Below are positions 51,700 through 61,859 of a DNA stretch of 64,000 nucleotides, in pieces (positions within the stretch are counted from its first letter, which is position 1; each line of letters starts with the position of its first letter). The stretch comes from an uncultured Gemmatimonadales bacterium. GTDB taxonomy: Bacteria > Gemmatimonadota > Gemmatimonadetes > Longimicrobiales > Gaopeijiaceae. Where the stretch lies: the NCBI GenBank assembly GCA_963823035.1, contig CAWGKG010000018.1:1-64000 (forward strand), given 5' to 3'. Position numbers and translations under genes: made by a program. A model generated the notes under the pieces. It was not told where the DNA came from, searched no databases, and was given only the letters and a program-made list of their open reading frames with translations.

Positions 51700-53381
51700 T
51701 CAGATGCTGATGGGATCCGAAGCCTTCTTGCCCCGGAGATAGACGAGGAAGAAGGTCCGGGTCACGAAGATCGCCGATATGAAGGACGCCACGATACCGA
51801 TCGACAGCGTCACGGCGAAGCCCTTCACCGGGCCGGTACCGAAGTTGAAGAGGATGAGCGCCGTGAGCAGCGTGGTGATGTTCGAGTCCACGATGGCGGA
51901 GAGCGCGTGCGCGAAGCCCTCGTCGACGGCCGTGCGCGTAGCCCGGCCGGCCGCCAGCTCCTCCCGTATTCGCTCGAAGATCAGCACGTTCGCGTCTACG
52001 GCCATGCCGATCGAAAGGATGAGGCCCGCGATGCCCGGCACGGTGAGCGAGGCGTCGAAGCCGGCCAGCCCGCCCAGCACGAACACGACGTAGACGCCCA
52101 GGGCGAGCACCGCGAGGATGCCCGCCATCCGGTAGTACGCGATCATGATCAGCACCACGAGGACGATACCGACGATCCCCGCGAGCTGGCCCTGCTGGAT
52201 GGAGTCCTGCCCCAGCGAGGGGCCGACCGTGCGCTCCTCGATGACGTTCAGCTTGGCCGGCAGCGCGCCTGCGCGCAGCACCAGCGCCAGGTCGCGCGCC
52301 TCCTCGAGTGGCGTGCCCGCGCCCATCTCGATCTGGCCGCGCGCCCCGATGCGGTCGCGGATGACCGGAGCGCTCATGACCTCGTTGTCGAGGACGATCG
52401 CCAGGTAGTCCCCGACGTGCTGGCCGGTGAAGCGCTGGAAGATCCTTCCCCCCGCCCGCGAGAACTCGAACTGGACCTGCGACTGGTTGAACTGCGGGTC
52501 GCGTCCCGGCGGTGGCGTTCTCGAGATACTCGCCGGTGATGAACGCCCTGTCCGTCAGCACGTAGAGGCGCTTGTAGTTGCGCGCACCGCGTCCCACCAC
52601 GTCGCTGCCCCACTGGAGCGCCTGGTCCCGCGGCATCGCCCGCTGTACTTCCGGCATGGCCAGGAACTGCTCGGCCACGGGCACGTCCTCCACCGGGACG
52701 AGGAACGAGCCGAAGACGTCGCCGCCGTAGAGGAGCGAGGAGAACGGCCGCAGCGCGTTCTGCGCGGCGGCGCTGTCCGCCCGCGCGGCGCCGGCCGAGT
52801 CGGGCGCGGCCGGCGGCGGTGGTGTCCGCCGATGCGCTGTCTCCGAAGAGCAGCTGCTCGAGGTCGCCCTGGCCACCGCTCTCGACGTCCCGCCCGAGCG
52901 CGCGGATCGAGTCCACCCCGAGGGTGCCCACGATCGTGCGGTCGATGCGCGACAGCGCCGACTCGATGTCGGTGGTCGGCTCGACGAGCTTGAACTCCAG
53001 GAAGGCGGCCGTCTGGATGATGTTCTTGGCCTGCTCTTCGTTGGAGACGCCGGCGAGCTCCACGATCAAGCGGTCGTTGCCGACCTTCTGGATCAGGGGC
53101 TCCTCCACGCCGAACTCATCGATGCGTGTCCGGATGATCCGGTCCACACGGTCGATCATGTCCGCCTTGGCGTCCGCCGTGAGCGTGTTGTCGGGATCGT
53201 CCACCTCGAGCACGAGGTGCATGCCGCCCTGAAGGTCGAGCCCCAGCTTGAGCGGCCGCTTCACGCACGAAGCGGGCGACCCCTCACCGCAGGAGCTACG
53301 ATAGTGGGAGTAGAGCTGCCACCCTGCGAGCGCCATCAGGAGCACGATGGCGACGAGGCGGCCTCTGACCGTTTTGAACAT
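51700..53381 (-). CDS. secD: Protein translocase subunit SecD; frameshifts near 52810 and 52505
   Basis: LGLDLQGG, LRAGALP, VGPSLG, GMAVDANVLIFERIREE and GPVKGFA spread over three frames. Confidence 0.9.
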
Positions 53382-53402
53382 ATCCGGCTGGTTCGGTCGG
53401 CG

Positions 53403-53425
53403 AAAAAAGGAGCCCCCGAGGGGGC
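53403..53425 (-). terminator. Terminator-like hairpin between the ATPase gene and secD
   Basis: GCCCCC-TCG-GGGGC-TCC followed by T6 on the minus strand. Confidence 0.5.
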
Positions 53426-53504
53426 AGGACGGCGTTAGCCTGTAAAGCTGTTTGTGGGGTGGATGGGTGTCAATCGTTGGGCACGAGGGGGGGCGCGGCT
53501 GTTG

Positions 53505-55649
53505 CTAGAGGAGCGCCCGGCGCAGCACGGCGTGCACGCGGGCCAGGAAACGCTCCGGCTCCATGGTCTTGGCCACGTAGTCGTCGGCTCCCGCCTCCAG
53601 CATCTCGGCCTCGATCCTGTCGCTCCCGGTACCCGTGCGGATCAGCACGGGGAGCGCCGACGTCGTCACCGAGCCGCGGATCAGGTCGAGTACCTGCCGG
53701 CCGTCCAGGCCGGGCATGGCGAGGTCGAGGATCACGAGGTGGTAGTCGGGATCCTCCCCGAGCACCTCCAGCGCGCGATGTCCGTCCTCGGCATCGTCGA
53801 CATCGTATCCGTCCTTCTCCAGGATCGAGCGCATGAGCATGCGCGCGCCGGGGTCGTCGTCGACGAGGAGGATCCGCGGGGGGCCGTGCTGCTCCTGGAC
53901 CTCGTCCTGGTCGAGACCCTGCCCCAGGACGCGCTCGACCTCGACCAGCGTCGTCTTGGCCTGCGTCACCCAGTCGAGCCCGACCTCGTGCATGAGCCGC
54001 ATCCCGCCCTGCGCGGCCACGCGGCTCAGGGTGGAGTAGCCCTTGCGCTGCTCGATGGCCTGCTGGAAGCGCGGCCCGACCACGAGCACTTCCTGGACGG
54101 GGAGCCGACCGCGGTACCCGGTGAAGCCGCACTCCGGGCAACCCACCGCCCGCACCACCGGCTCCACGCCGTGGCGCTCCGTCAGGCGACGCTCGTCCGG
54201 CGTCAGCTGCCCCCGTACCGGCTCGGCGCACGAGGCGCACACGCGGCGGAGGAGACGCTGCGCGGCAGCGCCACGGAGCGTCTGCGCGATGATGCTGAAC
54301 TGCAGCCCGAGGTCGCCGAGGCGGGTGACCGCGCTCACCGCGTCGTTGGCGTGGACCGTGGCGAGCACGAGGTGGCCCGTCATGGCGGCCTGCGCGGCCG
54401 TGACCGCCGTCTCCTTGTCGCGGATCTCGCCGACGAGGATCACGTCCGGGTCCTGGCGTAGCATCGCACGCAGGGCGCCGGCGAACGTCATGCCCTGCTT
54501 CGTCTCGACCTGGGTCTGCGTGATGCCGGCCAACTCGTACTCGATGGGGTCCTCGACGGTCATGATGTTGACCTTGCCGTCGGCGAGCTCCCGCAGGGCC
54601 CCGTAGAGCGTGGTGGTCTTGCCCGAGCCGGTCGGACCGGTCACCACCACGATCCCGTCGCGGTGGGTGAGCAGGTTGCGCAAGCGCTCCAGCTCGTACT
54701 TCGGTAGGTCGAGGTCGTCGAGCGTGAGCGTGGCGCTCGAGTCCAACACCCGGATCACGCACTTCTCGGCGCCGCCCGCGGGGATCGTCGACACGCGCAG
54801 GTCGTAGCCGCGGTTGCGGATGCGAACGCGCGCCTTCCCGTCCTGCGGGCGCAGCCGGTCCGCGATGTCGAGGCGCGACAACACCTTGATGCGCGAGATC
54901 ACCCGGTTGAGCGCGGGCATCGGGAGGTCCATGTGCTTGCGCAGGACGCCGTCCACGCGGTAGCGGACCGCCCCGACCCGGCGCCCCGGCTCGATGTGGA
55001 TGTCGCTGGCGCCCGCGTTGATCCCGTCGCGGATGATCAGGTTCGTGAGCTTCACGACCGGGGTGGCCGCGACGTCGTCCTCGGAGATCGCCTCGGGCCC
55101 CATCTCCTCGACGAGCCTGAGCGCGTCCTCCCCGTCGTCCATCGTCCCGAGGAGGCTCTCCACCGCCTTCTCGGGGCTGAAGCGCCCGTCGATGGCCTCC
55201 TGGATCGCGCCCGGCGAGGCGACCTCGAAGAGCGCGGTCCGTCCCGACGTGAAGCCCAGCGCGCGCTCGGCCTCCACGTCCGTGGGGTCGCAGGTGGCGA
55301 CCACGAAGTGGCGGTCGTCCTCCACGATCGGGAAGATGTGGTGCTTGCGCGCCATCATCTCCGGGATCAGGAGCGCCGCGTTCGGGTCCGCGTCCGCGAA
55401 GTTGGCCACCTTGAGGCGGAAGTACTCGGCCACCATCCCCGCGAGGTCGGTGTCCCCGATCGAGAACGCCTTGGTCACGGTCGTCCACGCCTCGGTCGCA
55501 CGCGAAGAAGGCGGGATGTCCGGACGAGCACCGCCCGGCTCCAGCCCCGCCCGCTCGGCGATGCGAACCAGCCAGTGGACGGCGGCGGCGCCTTTGGCGG
55601 CGGCGCCCTTGGCGGCGGCCGCTCCGTCGGGGGTGGGGTCGCCGCCCAT
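53505..55649 (-). CDS. GspE/PilB-family secretion ATPase with a C-terminal receiver domain
   Basis: ASDIHIEP, PQDG, GPTGSGKTTTLY, TVEDPIE, LRQDPDVILVGEIRD and two CxxC; then ILLVDDD...LDLAMPGLDG...DYVAK. Confidence 0.9.
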   Translation of the reverse strand: MGGDPTPDGAAAAKGAAAKGAAAVHWLVRIAERAGLEPGGARPDIPPSSRATEAWTTVTKAFSIGDTDLAGMVAEYFRLKVANFADADPNAALLIPEMMARKHHIFPIVEDDRHFVVATCDPTDVEAERALGFTSGRTALFEVASPGAIQEAIDGRFSPEKAVESLLGTMDDGEDALRLVEEMGPEAISEDDVAATPVVKLTNLIIRDGINAGASDIHIEPGRRVGAVRYRVDGVLRKHMDLPMPALNRVISRIKVLSRLDIADRLRPQDGKARVRIRNRGYDLRVSTIPAGGAEKCVIRVLDSSATLTLDDLDLPKYELERLRNLLTHRDGIVVVTGPTGSGKTTTLYGALRELADGKVNIMTVEDPIEYELAGITQTQVETKQGMTFAGALRAMLRQDPDVILVGEIRDKETAVTAAQAAMTGHLVLATVHANDAVSAVTRLGDLGLQFSIIAQTLRGAAAQRLLRRVCASCAEPVRGQLTPDERRLTERHGVEPVVRAVGCPECGFTGYRGRLPVQEVLVVGPRFQQAIEQRKGYSTLSRVAAQGGMRLMHEVGLDWVTQAKTTLVEVERVLGQGLDQDEVQEQHGPPRILLVDDDPGARMLMRSILEKDGYDVDDAEDGHRALEVLGEDPDYHLVILDLAMPGLDGRQVLDLIRGSVTTSALPVLIRTGTGSDRIEAEMLEAGADDYVAKTMEPERFLARVHAVLRRALL

Positions 55650-56549
55650 CTATCCCAGCACCGCCCTGCGCCTTCCGCGCTTCTCCTCGTACATCGCGTC
55701 GTCGGCCTCGGCGAGGAGGTCCTCCAGCCGGATCCGTGAGTCCCCGTCGTGGCGGGCCATCCCGATGCTCACCGCGAGCTGGTAGGGTTCACGGCTCGTG
55801 CGGTTGAACTCCCCGAAGCGCTCGCGCAGCCGATCGAGGAGCAGCTCGGCGCTCTCTCCCGACGCCTCGAGGGCCAGCACGGCGAACTCGTCTCCCCCGA
55901 GACGGGCTACGATGTCCGACCGTCGGAAGGTGGCGCGCAGAATGTCGGCCACCTTCATGAGCGCGCGGTCACCCACGTGATGGCCAAGCGAGTCGTTGAT
56001 GGTCTTGAACCGGTCGAGGTCGAGGAACACCATCGTGACTCCGCGCGCGGTGCGGCGGGCGAGCTTGAGGTACTGCTCACCCAGGTCCGCGAACCCGCGA
56101 CGGTTGTATAGGCCGGTAAGGTCGTCGATGAGGGACAGGCTCCGCAATGCCGACAGGAGGCGGTGGCGCTCGATGGCGTGCCGCACCGAGCGCGCCAGTA
56201 CGGTCGGGACGAGCTCGTCCTTGACCAGGAACTCCTGGGCGCCGCCCTGCACCGTGCTCATCGCCACCTCCTCGTCGGAGATGTCCGTGAGCACGATGAT
56301 CGGTACGTCCGGCGCGAAGGCGTACATCCGCTCGAACGTGACCATCCCGTGGCTGTCCGGCAGCTCGAGGTCGAGGAGGACGGCGTCGATCCCCCCCTGC
56401 GTGAGGCGTGCGAGCGCCTGGCTCAGCTCGCCGACCCACTCCAGGTCGATGCCGCTCCCGGAGCGTACGTCGCCAAGCCGCCCGCGAAGCTCGTCGAGGT
56501 ATTCGCGATCGGATTCTACCAGGAGGACCTTGATCGGCCGCTGGTACAA
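55650..56549 (-). CDS. Response-regulator diguanylate cyclase (REC-GGDEF)
   Basis: REC domain (LLDLELPDS), DDLTGLYNRR, DLDRFK, I-site RRSD and RLGGDEF. Confidence 0.93.
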   Translation of the reverse strand: MYQRPIKVLLVESDREYLDELRGRLGDVRSGSGIDLEWVGELSQALARLTQGGIDAVLLDLELPDSHGMVTFERMYAFAPDVPIIVLTDISDEEVAMSTVQGGAQEFLVKDELVPTVLARSVRHAIERHRLLSALRSLSLIDDLTGLYNRRGFADLGEQYLKLARRTARGVTMVFLDLDRFKTINDSLGHHVGDRALMKVADILRATFRRSDIVARLGGDEFAVLALEASGESAELLLDRLRERFGEFNRTSREPYQLAVSIGMARHDGDSRIRLEDLLAEADDAMYEEKRGRRRAVLG

Positions 56550-56686
56550 GGGTCTTCAACCGGAACCGGGGGAACGGAGGGGCCGCGTCGGCCAGAGAGG
56601 CAACCATCGATGTGGTCCAAATTAATGCCAGTCCCCGGGCGACGCCACGACGAAAAACACCTGTTTCCCCCTCTGCCGCCGGTTCT

Positions 56687-57503
56687 TCAGCCCCCTTCGC
56701 GGCCGAGCAGAATCCTCTCGAAGAAAGGAAGAACCCGAGCGTCGTCGGACTGCGCCAGCCAAAACATCGCCGTCCGCCGGGTCCGGCCCTCGTGGGCCGT
56801 GCGGGCCACCTCCATCAGCACCGACACACCCTCGTCGCGCGGCCGCTGCGAGATCGCGAACACCGCGGCGTCGCGCACGTCCTGATCCTCGTCCTCGTCC
56901 AGAGCCACGTCCGCGAGGCCCTCGGTCGCCGCCTCGGCCGCCTCCTGCCCGAGCCAGAAGAGCGCGTTCTTGCGGGCCTCGGAGGCCACGGACGCGTCGC
57001 GGGCCAGCCCCATGAGCTCCCGCCACACGTCCGGCACGTCGGCCAGCACCATGGGAAACACGGCGTCCCGCGCGACCCTACCGGAAGGGGCTCCCTTCGC
57101 CAGCGAGGCCAGCCAGGCGACGGCCTCGCCCGCGTCGACCGTTCCGATCTCCCGCGCGTCCTCGGTCCGATCCCGCATCGCGCGGACCACCGTCCAGTCC
57201 CCGGACCGAGCCGTCCCGCACCCTTGCCTCGACCTCGACGGGCCCGTACCGGCAGTTCGACGCGTCGTCGTACTCGCCATGGCTCCGCCACCACATCCGG
57301 TGCTCGCCCATGCGGATGCCCTGGTCGCAGATCTCCACATCCGGACGCGTCGGGATCGCGAAGCGTACCGTTCCGTCGCCGGCACCCTCGATCCGGCGTC
57401 CGAGCTCCTGGGCCGTGGCGGGCCGCGGGCTCATGCCCGCGGCCGCCATCACCGGAACCGCGACCAGCGCCGCGGCCACGCCCGTCCAGCGCCGACCGCT
57501 CAT
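56687..57503 (-). CDS. Exported HEAT-repeat protein; frameshift near 57192
   Basis: Signal peptide MSGRRWTGVAAALV...; repeats RKNALFWLGQ, RDAAVFAISQ and RRTAMFWLAQ in the second frame. Confidence 0.75.
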
Positions 57504-59059
57504 CCGCCGATCAGGCTCAAGAGGAACTCCGTGGCGCGCGGGTCCTTGCTCTGGCCCAGCCAGAAGATCGCGCGCTTCCTGAGCTCCTTGTCCGGCTCGT
57601 TCTTCGCGACGTCCATCAGGAAGTCCACCGCCTCCGGCTGGTTCTTCTGGGACGCCACGAAGATCACCTGCTCCTTCATCTCCGGTTCCGACGAGCGTCC
57701 CGTAGAGCTCCTTCATCTCCGCGGCGGTCAGGCCGCCGGTCTGGCCGGCCCAGAAGAGGGCGTTCTTGCGCACGTCCACGCTCTCCGAGCGGTCGCGGGC
57801 GCGCTCGAGCAGCCACCTTCGGCTGTCGGCGCTGTTGCCCTGCGCGATCGAGAAGATCGCCTTCTCCTTCAGTTCGGGATCGTTCAGGCGGGGATAGAGG
57901 TCCATGAGGTAGCGCGTCCCGCCCGCCTTCGGGTTCTGCCCGATCCAGAAGATCGCGTTCTCCCGCAGGTCCCTGGGCGCGTCCGCGCGCTCGGCGTACT
58001 CCCGCAGGACGCGCACGGCTTCGTCGCTCCCGTGCTGCGAGATCGCGAAGATGGCCTTCTCCTGCACGTCCTGGTCCTTGCTCTCGCGCAGGATCGACTC
58101 GAGCGCCTGCAGAGCCTCCGGCGACTTCACCTGCGACAGCCAGAACACCGCCTGCTCGCGCACCTCGGGGTCCGGATCCGGATTCCGGTGCGCCAGGTCG
58201 AGGAGGATGTCCACGGACTCGTCCGTCATCTTCTGGGAGATCAGGAACACCGCCTGCCGACGCAGGTCCGCCGAGCACTCGTCCCGCTGCTGGAGCACCT
58301 GCTTGAGGATCGGGATCGCCCGCTCGGCGTTCATGTTCAGGAGGGCGCTCAGCGCCGCGGCACGCGTCTCCTGCTCGTCTCCGTCGCACGGCTCCGAGGC
58401 CTGCTGCGCGATGTTCGCCGCGGCGCCCGCGTCACCCTGCTGAGCCAGCCGGGACTCGAGCTGCACCCGCAGCTCGGCGGCACTGGCCATGGTACCTGCG
58501 TTCGGGTACCGGCTGCGCTGCTGGTCGAGGAGCTCGATCGCCGCGCGCAGGTTGCTCGTGCCGGCCCGCCGGTAGAGCGCGAACGCCTGCCAGTAGTAGG
58601 AGTCCGGCACGTAGCCGGATCGGGGATAGTCCTTGCGCAGCGCCGCGAACGCCTCGGCCGCCGCCGGATAGCGCCCCTTGTTCAGCGCCTCGCGGGCCGC
58701 CGCGTACGCCTTGGCACCCGGGTCCTCCTGCAGCCAGGGCTCGGGGGCCCGCGGCGCCGGGCTCGTCTCGAGCGACGTCGTAGCCGATCCCCCCCAGGGC
58801 GGAGAGCCCGCCGAGCGCGGAGAGCCCCACCGAGCGCGGACATCCCACTCAGGGACGCCTGCGCCGCCGCCATCGAGGCCCCCACGCCGGCCATGGAGCC
58901 GCTCAGCCCCGTCATCGAGGCGCGCGCCTCCAGCATCGCCGCGCGAGCCTGCTGCAGCGAAGCGTCCCCCAACCCACGACCCACCTGGGCCCCGGCCGGA
59001 GCAGCCGTCATCGCCGCGAGCATCAGGGCCGCACCCGTCTTCATCGTCATCGATCGCAT
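57500..59059 (-). CDS. Exported TPR plus HEAT-repeat protein; frameshifts near 58800 and 57690
   Basis: Signal peptide, a TPR-like segment (YYWQAFALY), and many [RQK]xxA[VIL]FxxxQ repeats. Confidence 0.75.
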
Positions 59060-59072
59060 GTCGCGCCTCCTC

Positions 59073-59774
59073 TCAGGTCCCCGCGAGTCCGGAGCCGGCG
59101 GGCACAGCCGCCCGGATCCGGGGCAGGACGTCTCTATCCTCGAGGCCCCGCAGGGCCAGGTTCATCTCACTCTGCGCGCGAGTCCGGTCCGCGCCCTCCA
59201 CCTCGGTCACTCCCACCATCTGCACGAGCACCAGCTCCAGGTCCCCGAGCAGGTCCCGCATCGCTGGATCCTGCGTGCCCGGCGAGTCCAGCAGCAGCCG
59301 GGTCTGCGTCAGCAGCCCGCGCGCCCACGTCCCCAAGGCCGGATCCACCTTCCCGTCCCGCGCGTCGGCGCGCACGAGCGTCAGCATCGCCTCCGTGCGC
59401 TCCAGGTGGTCGACGGCCGCCGCACGCAGCACCGCCCGGTCCGGCCCGACCGTCGACGAAGACGACGGGGCGCCGGCCACCGTCGGAGTCGACGTCCGAG
59501 CCTGCCGGCCAGGGACGCTCATGCGCCCGATGCCGATCCCCAGGATCAGGACGGCGGCGGCTGCTGCCGCCCAGCCGAGGGGCCGCCGCGTCGAAGCCAC
59601 CCGCCGCGCCCTCGCCTCGTCGAGCGAGCGCACGGTCGCCCTCGGCTCGAGCCCGGCCTGGATGACCGCCCACATCTCCTCCCGGGGCGTCTCCGGCGGC
59701 GCGTTGTAGTGGCCTCGTAGCATCTCCGTCACCTCCGGGTCGATGCGCTCCTCGTCCATCCGATCGTCGTCCAT
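59073..59774 (-). CDS. Putative membrane anti-sigma factor
   Basis: Directly follows the ECF sigma gene; single transmembrane helix (WAAAAAAVLILGIGIG) and a helical C-terminal domain. Confidence 0.7.
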   Translation of the reverse strand: MDDDRMDEERIDPEVTEMLRGHYNAPPETPREEMWAVIQAGLEPRATVRSLDEARARRVASTRRPLGWAAAAAAVLILGIGIGRMSVPGRQARTSTPTVAGAPSSSSTVGPDRAVLRAAAVDHLERTEAMLTLVRADARDGKVDPALGTWARGLLTQTRLLLDSPGTQDPAMRDLLGDLELVLVQMVGVTEVEGADRTRAQSEMNLALRGLEDRDVLPRIRAAVPAGSGLAGT

Positions 59775-60356
59775 CTATGCGTACTCCTGCATGGCGTCTC
59801 CCAGGCTCGCCCGGAGCTTGGCCCGGGCCCTGAAGAGCCTCGCCTTCGAGGTTCCCTCGGCGACACCGAGCGTCTCGGCGATCTCGCCGTGGCTGTATCC
59901 CTCCAGGTCGTGCATCAGGAACACCGTCCTGTAGATCTCCGGGAGCGCGTCCACCGCTCCCCTCAGCCGATCCCGCACCTCCGCCTCCACCGGCGGCTTC
60001 GTCCGGGCCAGGTGGGCGGCGTCCTCCAGCGACCGTTCCCGCTTGCGGTGGCGATCAGCCTTCCGAATCCCGTTGAGAGAGACGGAAACCGCGATCGAGT
60101 GCAGCCACGTGGAGAACGCCGCGTCGCCCCGGAACTGCTCCAGGCGCTGCCAGGCCCGCAGGAAGGCTTCCTGCGTGAAGTCCCGGGCCAGCTCCTCGGA
60201 GCCCGCCATCCGGTACGTGAGTCGGTAGATCCGGTCCACGTTCGCGTCGTACAGGCGTCGAAAGGCGACCTGATCGCCCCGCTTCGCCCGCTCCACCAGT
60301 TCGAGGTCGTTCAAGAAGAGCTCGCTTGATCGCCGTTGACTCTCTCTTCCGTCCAT
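59775..60356 (-). CDS. ECF RNA polymerase sigma factor
   Basis: QEAFLRAW...FSTWLHSIA and LPEIYRTVFLMHDLEGYSHGEIA...GTSKARLFRAR. Confidence 0.93.
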   Translation of the reverse strand: MDGRESQRRSSELFLNDLELVERAKRGDQVAFRRLYDANVDRIYRLTYRMAGSEELARDFTQEAFLRAWQRLEQFRGDAAFSTWLHSIAVSVSLNGIRKADRHRKRERSLEDAAHLARTKPPVEAEVRDRLRGAVDALPEIYRTVFLMHDLEGYSHGEIAETLGVAEGTSKARLFRARAKLRASLGDAMQEYA

Positions 60357-60417
60357 GGGACACGACCCATGCCGGAACGGTTGCGCGCCCGGACAGATCC
60401 TCGCGCCCACCCCGTAG

Positions 60418-60489
60418 TCCCTCTGCGTCCTCTGCGTCCTCTGTGGTGAAACTGCTCTTACCACAGAGGACGCAGAGGACGCAGAGGGA
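60418..60489. repeat. Palindromic intergenic element with 9-bp periodic arms, copy 2 (inverted relative to copy 1)
   Basis: CCTCTGCGT-CCTCTGCGT-CCTCTGTGGT-GAAACTGCTCTT-ACCACAGAGG-ACGCAGAGG-ACGCAGAGG. Confidence 0.85.
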
Positions 60490-60510
60490 GAGCCTTGTAG
60501 GGGGTAGGTC

Positions 60511-61855
60511 CTAGGCGCTCGGGTCCATGGGCAGGATCAGCCGCGCCCGCACGCCCTGGGCCGCCCCCCGGCTCTCGAGCACCAGGCTGCCCCCGTGCCC
60601 CTCCGCGATCTGCCGGGACAGCACGAGGCCGATCCCCGAGCCGCCGGGCTTCGTCGTGTAGAACGGCACGAAGAGGTTGCCCGTGTCGGCAAGGCCGGGG
60701 CCGTCGTCCTCGACCAGCAGGTGGAGCTTCCCGGAGCGCGTGAGCCAGCGGATGCTCACTCCGCCCTCGCGGTCGGCCTCGAGCGTGGCGTCCGCCGCGT
60801 TGCGGATCAGGTTGATGAGCGCCTGCTCGAGTTGGTCGGCGTCGGCCTGCAACGTGACTTCGCCTCCGCCCACCACCTCGACGGGGAGGCGCGTCTCCAG
60901 GTCGGCCACGCGCTGCACCAGCGCCGGGACGTCCACCGGGCCCAGCTCCGGCTGAGGCAGGCGCGCGAGCTTCGCGTAGGAGGCCATGAAGCGCCCCAGC
61001 GCCTCGGCGCGCGTCGACATCACCTTGAGCCCGCGCTGCACGTCCTCGTCCAGCTCCGGCGGGGAGGCGGCCGTGGCCGAGGAGCCCCTGGAGGCTGCCG
61101 GTGATCGACTTGATGGGCGCCAGGGAGTTGTTGATCTCGTGCGAGAGGACCCGGATGATCCGCTTCCACGCCTGTCGCTCCTCCTCGCGCAGCGCACGGC
61201 TCAGATCGGAGAGGGCGAGGAGCTGGAGGGGGTAGCCCTCCTGGCGTACCACGGAGCGCCGTAGCTCCCAGCGACCCGTTCCCCCCGGGAAGGAGACCTC
61301 GATCGTCCGGGGCGCGACGCCCTTGAGCGCGTCGGCCAGGCGGAGCTCGGCCGCCGTCTTCCCGATGAGGCGGTCGGCCGGATGCCCGAGGAGCCTCTCC
61401 CCGGCGCGGTTCACGATGCGCAGCGTCTCACCGGGATCGAAGGCCAGCACCGCCACGTCGATCTCCTCGAGCACCTTGCGCAGCGTCTCCGTGGCCTCGA
61501 CGGCCCCCAGGCGCTGCTCGCGCAGGATCTCCTCGAGGTTGTTCACCTCCAGGTAGGCCAACGACAGCGGGTCGTCCGCGTTGTCGACGCGCGCCCGGAT
61601 CGAGAAGTCCCCCTCGCGCAGCGCGGCGAGCATGTTCGCGAGCGTGCCCAGCGGCCGGACCACCTGCTCCCGCACGGCCAGCGTCAGCCCGCCCCAGGCG
61701 CCAACCAGCGCCACCGTGACCGTCCACTGCACCTTGGCGGACAACGGCTCCAGCCAGAGGAAGGCCAGCGACACCGCCATGCCCGGCAGACCGGCGAGCA
61801 CCGCGAGCAGCAGGACCCTCCGGTCGTGACTCAGCCCCCGCCACCATCCGCTCAC
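60511..61855 (-). CDS. Sensor histidine kinase (NtrY-like); frameshift near 61063
   Basis: Two transmembrane helices, HAMP, PAS-like region and H-box LSHEINNSL; then NLIRNA, DDGPG, FYTTK and GIGL in the next frame. Confidence 0.88.
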
Positions 61856-61859
61856 GAGG

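Noticed and set aside
55581..55622. AAAKG tandem repeat at the ATPase N-terminus
   Set aside because: A short in-frame 15-nt duplication in a probably unstructured leader, with no evidence of function.
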